IMG/VR virus record: IMGVR_UViG_3300003848_000002
Coordinates: 15,547 to 79,546 of that record
Strand: one strand, 5' to 3'
Source: a virus
Lineage: Duplodnaviria > Heunggongvirae > Uroviricota > Caudoviricetes
Length of the DNA: 64,000 nucleotides
Below the pieces are notes generated by a model, which saw nothing but the letters and a program-made list of their open reading frames with translations, did not search any database and had not been told where the DNA came from. How positions within the stretch are numbered: position 1 is the stretch's first letter; the number at the start of each line of letters is the position of its first letter. The position numbers were made by a program, and so were the translations under genes. Shown here in pieces: positions 59,163 to 64,000 of this stretch.

Positions 59163-59253
59163 AGCGTGGGGCAGCCGCCCCACCGTCTCCAATCAATTGA
59201 ACACCTGTGCCAGCGCATCACAATGCTGGCACGTAAAACAACGAGGAAAACAC

Positions 59254-60387
59254 ATGAGCCAATATTCAACGTTCCGGCTTGGGGCGAACGACGCGACAAA
59301 AGAACCTATGTTCCTTGGCCTGTCAGTAAACGTATCTCGCTATGACCAGCAAAAATATCGCCTGTTTGAGAAGCTGATCGAGAAGCAGCTCTCTTTCTTC
59401 TGGCGCCCTGAAGAAGTGGACATTTCTAAAGATCGCATTGAGTTCAACAACAAACTGCAACCGCATGAGCGACACATCTTCCTGAGCAACCTCCGTTACC
59501 AAACTCTTCTGGACTCCGTACAGGGTCGCAGCCCGAACGCTACATTGCTGCCGCTGGCGTCCATTCCAGAGCTGGAGACGTGGATTGAAACGTGGTCATT
59601 CTCAGAGACCATTCATAGCCGCAGCTACACGCACATCATTCGTGGCATGGTCGATAACCCGGCTGAAATTTTCGACGGCATTGTGAGCGATGAAGAAATT
59701 GTGAGCCGCGCCGCATCGGTTACTGAGCAGTATGACGCCCTGTATCAGCTGATCTGCGCTCGCGAGTATCTATCAGAGCAGGAAGGCCGTTTTGATGAGA
59801 TTTATGGCGAACTTGCCATGGAGAAACAGGTTTACCGCACCCTGGTAGCAGTAAACGCTCTGGAGGCAATTCGCTTCTATGTCAGCTTCGCCTGCACGTT
59901 TTCTTTTGGTGAGCGTGGACTACTGGAAGGCAATACAAAAATTATGCGCTTCATCGCGCGTGATGAGGCTCTGCATTGTCACTCTACAGAAATGATGATC
60001 AAGTACATGCGCGTCGGCAAAGAGGGTGAGCAGTGGAAGGCTGTGGCTGATGAGCTTGAGCCCTTTGTTTACCAGACCATGAAGGACGTGGCTGAGCAGG
60101 AGATGCGCTGGGCAGAACATCTTTTCAAAGATGGCTCTATGATCGGCCTCAATGCAGAAATCCTGAAGCAGTACGTGAAATATCGCACCAACGTTAGCCT
60201 GCGTCGCATGGGGCTTAAGCCAATTTTCGAAGATGCGTTAAATGACCCACTGCCGTGGATGAACAAATGGCTGCTGAGTGACCAGGTGCAAGTGGCGCCG
60301 CAAGAAGTTGAGGTTGGCTCATATCTGGTTGGGCAGATTGACTCAACGGTGAGTTCGAAGAGCCTGAAGAAGTTCGCCGATATTTGA
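59254..60387 (+). CDS. nrdB: ribonucleotide reductase class Ia beta subunit
   Basis: Di-iron/tyrosyl radical motifs (SETIHSRSY...E..H). 377 aa. Two hairpins lie in the nrdA-nrdB spacer. Confidence 0.85.
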   Translation: MSQYSTFRLGANDATKEPMFLGLSVNVSRYDQQKYRLFEKLIEKQLSFFWRPEEVDISKDRIEFNNKLQPHERHIFLSNLRYQTLLDSVQGRSPNATLLPLASIPELETWIETWSFSETIHSRSYTHIIRGMVDNPAEIFDGIVSDEEIVSRAASVTEQYDALYQLICAREYLSEQEGRFDEIYGELAMEKQVYRTLVAVNALEAIRFYVSFACTFSFGERGLLEGNTKIMRFIARDEALHCHSTEMMIKYMRVGKEGEQWKAVADELEPFVYQTMKDVAEQEMRWAEHLFKDGSMIGLNAEILKQYVKYRTNVSLRRMGLKPIFEDALNDPLPWMNKWLLSDQVQVAPQEVEVGSYLVGQIDSTVSSKSLKKFADI

Positions 60388-60469
60388 TGAATTTACGTGT
60401 TGGATGCCTACGTCCAACACGTTACTATGTTGAAAATAAAGTGATTGTTTATATAAATAAGGAAACAAG

Positions 60470-61327
60470 ATGTTTACTGGCATTATGGACAAAGTGAAGC
60501 TGTTCGGTGACAAAGTTGTCGGCTTCAAGCCAGATCTTTACGAGCTGCATCCGGGTTACGGCGATCATACTCTGGACATCTATGAGATGGTTAACCAATT
60601 CCACGGGCTGTTTCAGCATCCTCAACGTATAGCTGCAACACCGGCGCTGCTTCGCTTACGTGCAAAACTTATTCGCGAAGAAGCTGTTGAAGAAGGCATC
60701 CCAGCTGCCGATAACTCAAATTTAGAGAAGATATTGGATGCGATGGCTGACTTCCTCTATGTCGGTATTGGCACTATGGTGGCGATCCGCGGCGGCGCAC
60801 CTATGGGGATGAGTATCTATACCCAGGATCAAAGCGTAGGTCGATTCCATGAGACTTTGTCTATGACTTCCGCAGCGATCGATGATGTGAAGCTACCGTT
60901 TTATGAAGCTGGCAAAGTCGCTGATGAGCTTGAGGCTCTTGCGACCAAAATTGAGTCAGAGAATTTGTCAGAAGGTGCTCTTATTAACGAGCTGCGCCGA
61001 GTCCTGAACATGCTTTATGTCGCCTGCAGCATGACCTATCGCCTGGCTGATTTAATGGACATCAACATTGTAGAGCTGGTGGCGGAAGTTCACCGTTCCA
61101 ACATGACGAAGCTGTGGCCGGGTGACGATGCAGAGCGGGCTGTGGCGGTGGATCGCTGCCAGTACGACCATTCAGATCTGGGCTTCCGTGCCTGTGAAGG
61201 TACTGATTTAAGAATCGGATTCCGCATCTCCGATGGCAAAATCCTCAAGTCACCAACCTACAGTGAAGCTGATCTGGTTGGCTTTGTTGCGACGGCTGAG
61301 ACATCTACTATTGTGAAGGAATTATGA
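60470..61327 (+). CDS. MazG-like / all-alpha NTP pyrophosphohydrolase family protein
   Basis: EExxE-type motif REEAVEE with a helical fold. Placed in the nucleotide-metabolism cluster. Confidence 0.45.
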   Translation: MFTGIMDKVKLFGDKVVGFKPDLYELHPGYGDHTLDIYEMVNQFHGLFQHPQRIAATPALLRLRAKLIREEAVEEGIPAADNSNLEKILDAMADFLYVGIGTMVAIRGGAPMGMSIYTQDQSVGRFHETLSMTSAAIDDVKLPFYEAGKVADELEALATKIESENLSEGALINELRRVLNMLYVACSMTYRLADLMDINIVELVAEVHRSNMTKLWPGDDAERAVAVDRCQYDHSDLGFRACEGTDLRIGFRISDGKILKSPTYSEADLVGFVATAETSTIVKEL

Positions 61328-61408
61328 AGATGCGCCTTGTAGTTAAATGGCTATAAAGGTATATTTGATTCTTATGCGAAATAAACCTTATCAGAATATC
61401 TGATTTAT

Positions 61409-61437
61409 AGACGCCCTTATGGGCGTCTTTTTTTTTG
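61409..61437 (+). terminator. rho-independent terminator
   Basis: agacgccc ttat gggcgtct followed by ttttttttt. Confidence 0.75.
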
Positions 61438-61489
61438 CTGTTAAGTTATAGGGTTGCTTTTATGGCGCTCTTTTTTTACTTATTATAAG

Positions 61490-61509
61490 ATAGGTAATCA
61501 CCTACCTAT
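61490..61509. promoter_or_regulatory. ATAGGTA-atcacc-TACCTAT palindrome
   Basis: 7-bp arms. Lies 14 bp upstream of the thyA ATG. Confidence 0.45.
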
Positions 61510-61522
61510 CAAAGAAACCAAG

Positions 61523-62608
61523 ATGACAAGTTTACTCAACAAACCTTTCACTAATGGCCTGGCGACGGATTACACATACCGTTCAGTAATTAGCCGGGTT
61601 CAATCAGAAGGCATGGCCTCTGGCGACAGAACTGGAACCGGCACAAAAGGAACCTGTTTCTTAGCAACCGATTACCTGCTGACTGGTGCATCAGTGCCAC
61701 TTGTTTCCAGCAAAAAAACCAACCTCAAACCTCTTCTGGTTGAGCTGGAGTGGTATCTCAAAGGCACTGGCAATATCGGCTTCCTGAAAGAGCATGGCGT
61801 CAAAATCTGGGACGCATGGGCCGATGAGAACGATGACCTCGGGCCGGTCTACGGAAAGCAATGGCGCAGCCTGGAAGATACCCGGATTATCCTCAGCAGC
61901 GATCTACAAAAGTATCTTGATCGTGGTTACTTGCTTGAAACTGAAATTGACGAAAAACGCTCCCTTGTCACCAGAAACGTTGACCAGCTGGCGCGTATCG
62001 TTAACACGCTTCGCACCAACCCATCCGATCGCCGAATGCTGATGAGTGCATGGAACGTGGCTCAGCTGGAAGACATGGCACTGCCACCTTGCCACTTTGC
62101 GTTTTACGTGTGGAGTCGTGAGCTGGATTTCCCAACCCGTTTGTCGATGGCAAGTGATGTCGGCCGGACGCACTCTCAGTACGGGCATGAAAGCATGTAT
62201 AGCCGCCTGCTTGAGCTGCTGGATTCTGGCACTGAGATTAATGACGAGCTGATGGACAGCCTGGGTATTCCAAAGCGAGTTCTTTGCTCTACGGTAATGC
62301 AGCGCAGCGTTGATGTGTTTGTCGGTATGCCTTTCAACATTGCTGGGTACGGCATCCTGACTCACTTCATTGCCCAAATTACCGGCCACATGGCCGCGTC
62401 TCTGACTCATTACGGATGTGACGTCCATCTCTATGACAATCACCAAGAGGCGGTTGAAGAACTTCAGGCGCGCGAGATCCCCAAAAGCTCTGACCCGGTG
62501 GTCATCCTTCCCGAAGCATGGGAAGAGATTGACGATTTCCGCTGGGATGGCGTCGTGGTTGAAGGCTATGAACCACTGCCATGGATCAAGGTTCCGGTGG
62601 CGGTGTAG
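61523..62608 (+). CDS. thyA: thymidylate synthase (ThyA family) with ~50-aa in-frame insertion
   Basis: DRTGTGT, IWDAWADENDDLGPVYGKQWR, LPPCH (catalytic Cys), PFNIAGY (Asn177 equivalent retained) and DVHLYDNH motifs. Confidence 0.8.
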   Translation: MTSLLNKPFTNGLATDYTYRSVISRVQSEGMASGDRTGTGTKGTCFLATDYLLTGASVPLVSSKKTNLKPLLVELEWYLKGTGNIGFLKEHGVKIWDAWADENDDLGPVYGKQWRSLEDTRIILSSDLQKYLDRGYLLETEIDEKRSLVTRNVDQLARIVNTLRTNPSDRRMLMSAWNVAQLEDMALPPCHFAFYVWSRELDFPTRLSMASDVGRTHSQYGHESMYSRLLELLDSGTEINDELMDSLGIPKRVLCSTVMQRSVDVFVGMPFNIAGYGILTHFIAQITGHMAASLTHYGCDVHLYDNHQEAVEELQAREIPKSSDPVVILPEAWEEIDDFRWDGVVVEGYEPLPWIKVPVAV

Positions 62609-62610
62609 CA

Positions 62611-63027
62611 ATGACCAGGGGAATGATTGTTTTTTGTGAGATCGACAATGTTTTGGCTGAGGTAAATCACCGCAGCTCATTGTCGGCCGAGGATGATCGT
62701 CTGGTAATGGGCGATGGTCTTATCTTCCCCACCAGCCGAATGCTCCGGGGCTTTATGCGCTCCGGGGCAGAGATTGCTTTGGTTTCAAATCGCTCAGCCA
62801 AATTGAGTGAGGCTACGAAGCAATGGCTAAAAGGGGCTGGCATTGATTACGACTGGCTTTACTTCGGCGGAATGACGCCCAAGTACGGAGCTTTTTTGAA
62901 AAAGACTTTGCAGGAGCATCGGGTCGATCGACTTATTGCAGCGGTAGGCGCCAGCCAAGAGTTTGTCAGCGTAATGGCAAGCCACCCAAACCGCCCTGTT
63001 TGTTATGTCGTCCGAAAGGGAGAGTGA
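62611..63027 (+). CDS. HAD-like hydrolase (possible deoxyribonucleotidase)
   Basis: N-terminal IVFCEIDNVLAE resembles HAD motif I. Confidence 0.35.
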   Translation: MTRGMIVFCEIDNVLAEVNHRSSLSAEDDRLVMGDGLIFPTSRMLRGFMRSGAEIALVSNRSAKLSEATKQWLKGAGIDYDWLYFGGMTPKYGAFLKKTLQEHRVDRLIAAVGASQEFVSVMASHPNRPVCYVVRKGE

Positions 63028-63029
63028 CC

Positions 63030-63533
63030 ATGTTTATGATTGCTGCGGTGGCCAAGAACGGCGCCATCGGAAAAGGGAATCAGCTGCCATGGCGCAGCAA
63101 AGAAGATCTGCAAATTTTCAAGCGCATGACAACCGGTAAGATTGTTGTTATGGGGCGTAAAACAGCGGAAAGCCTGGGTAAGCCACTGCCTGACCGTGTC
63201 AACGTTGTTATCAGTCGCGATGCGGCCCGTGTACCGGCTGGCTTCTCCCATATGAGAGGTATGCCTGATGTGGCTAAGTTGTCTGTCTACTCAAACCAAG
63301 AGGTGGCCATTATTGGGGGAGCTGAGGTCTATCGACTCGCCATGCCATACGTCTATCGTGTTTATCTGACGCACCTTGATGTTGAAGTGCCCGACGCAGA
63401 TACCTTTTTCCCCATGGATGAAATGGCCGCCGCAAATCTGATTTCCCTTGAGACGTTAGTGGTGCAAGAGGAAACGGAAACAACGCCAGCCTTTAAACAA
63501 GTTGTTTATGGAGATAAAGAATGGATCGCATAG
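63030..63533 (+). CDS. folA: dihydrofolate reductase
   Basis: MIAAVAKNGAIGKGNQLPW...DL..FK..T.GK.VVMGRKT.ES. Matches the DHFR signature. Confidence 0.85.
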   Translation: MFMIAAVAKNGAIGKGNQLPWRSKEDLQIFKRMTTGKIVVMGRKTAESLGKPLPDRVNVVISRDAARVPAGFSHMRGMPDVAKLSVYSNQEVAIIGGAEVYRLAMPYVYRVYLTHLDVEVPDADTFFPMDEMAAANLISLETLVVQEETETTPAFKQVVYGDKEWIA

Positions 63534-64000
63534 GTTTGGCTGGCGCCCAGGGAACGGGCAAAACGACTTTAGCCAAGCGTCTCGCACTTAAGTACGGTTA
63601 CAAGTTTGTCGATGCTGGCGTCGGCGCGCTGATGAGTAAGCTAGGCGTTGTGGTTGGCAAAGAAATGCCTCTCTTCGAACGACTGCAGGTGCAGCTGGCC
63701 GTCGCAAACCACATTGCCGACAAATCCAATGGCTCAGGCAGTTTCGTAATGGATCGAACGCCAATTGACGTTATGGCCTACACCATCGACCTCTTCCACC
63801 AGGTTAATGATGATCGTTGTGTTTCGCTGTTTGATGAGATTCAACAGGTGTGTTCTCGAACCGCAATTGCGAACTACAACGTGATTGTTGGTTTGCGCCC
63901 GGGGATCGAGCTTTCTCAAGAGGACAAAGATCGAGAGCAGCGGGGCTCTCTCGACCCTTTGTATGTTCGCAGAATTGATGCGCTGGTGTGTGGCGAACTG
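63521..64000 (+). CDS. P-loop nucleotide kinase-like protein (3' partial, runs off window)
   Basis: GLAGAQGTGKTTLAKRL Walker A. Overlaps the folA stop. Truncated at the window end. Confidence 0.5.
   Translation, partial: MDRIGLAGAQGTGKTTLAKRLALKYGYKFVDAGVGALMSKLGVVVGKEMPLFERLQVQLAVANHIADKSNGSGSFVMDRTPIDVMAYTIDLFHQVNDDRCVSLFDEIQQVCSRTAIANYNVIVGLRPGIELSQEDKDREQRGSLDPLYVRRIDALVCGEL

Noticed and set aside
58635-59192. 185-aa minus-strand ORF inside nrdA, with similar antisense ORFs inside cobS, dnaE and sbcC
   Set aside because: They are embedded antisense in genes with clear conserved motifs.

Overview
This 64 kb window reads as part of a large tailed-phage genome. Gene content (inferred from motifs only, no database search) resembles the SSU5/pHCM2-type phage-plasmid lineage: a phage that also carries plasmid maintenance functions. 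From the 5' end: a lambda-like tail tip module (gpI-like, a gpJ-like protein with a repetitive coiled-coil central fibre, and a long side fibre with a C-terminal S74 intramolecular chaperone); two small lipoproteins; a lysis cassette (holin-like, endolysin-like, overlapping Rz/Rz1-type spanins); a ParA/RHH partition pair; a DnaB-like helicase; a DnaG-like primase; an ATP-dependent DNA ligase; CobT-like VWA and CobS-like AAA proteins; a DnaE-type Pol III alpha split over two ORFs; SSB-like, FEN, RecA-like, SbcCD and RuvC-like genes; NrdAB, a MazG-like gene, ThyA, DHFR and a nucleotide kinase. A P1-style iteron replicon lies at 49.3-50.9 kb: repA with about 10 iterons on one side, 5 on the other, and a GATC cluster. 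AT-rich accessory patches carry unknown genes: a membrane-protein pair, a 3-gene cassette next to a tyrosine recombinase and an HTH regulator, and an SPFH module. Several classes of recurring signal were found: TAGGTAG-N-CTACCTA and GAAAACAA-N-TTGTTTTC palindromes, a GGAAAAACACATG initiation motif, short uORFs coupled to the helicase and primase starts, and a ~440 bp non-coding structured region.
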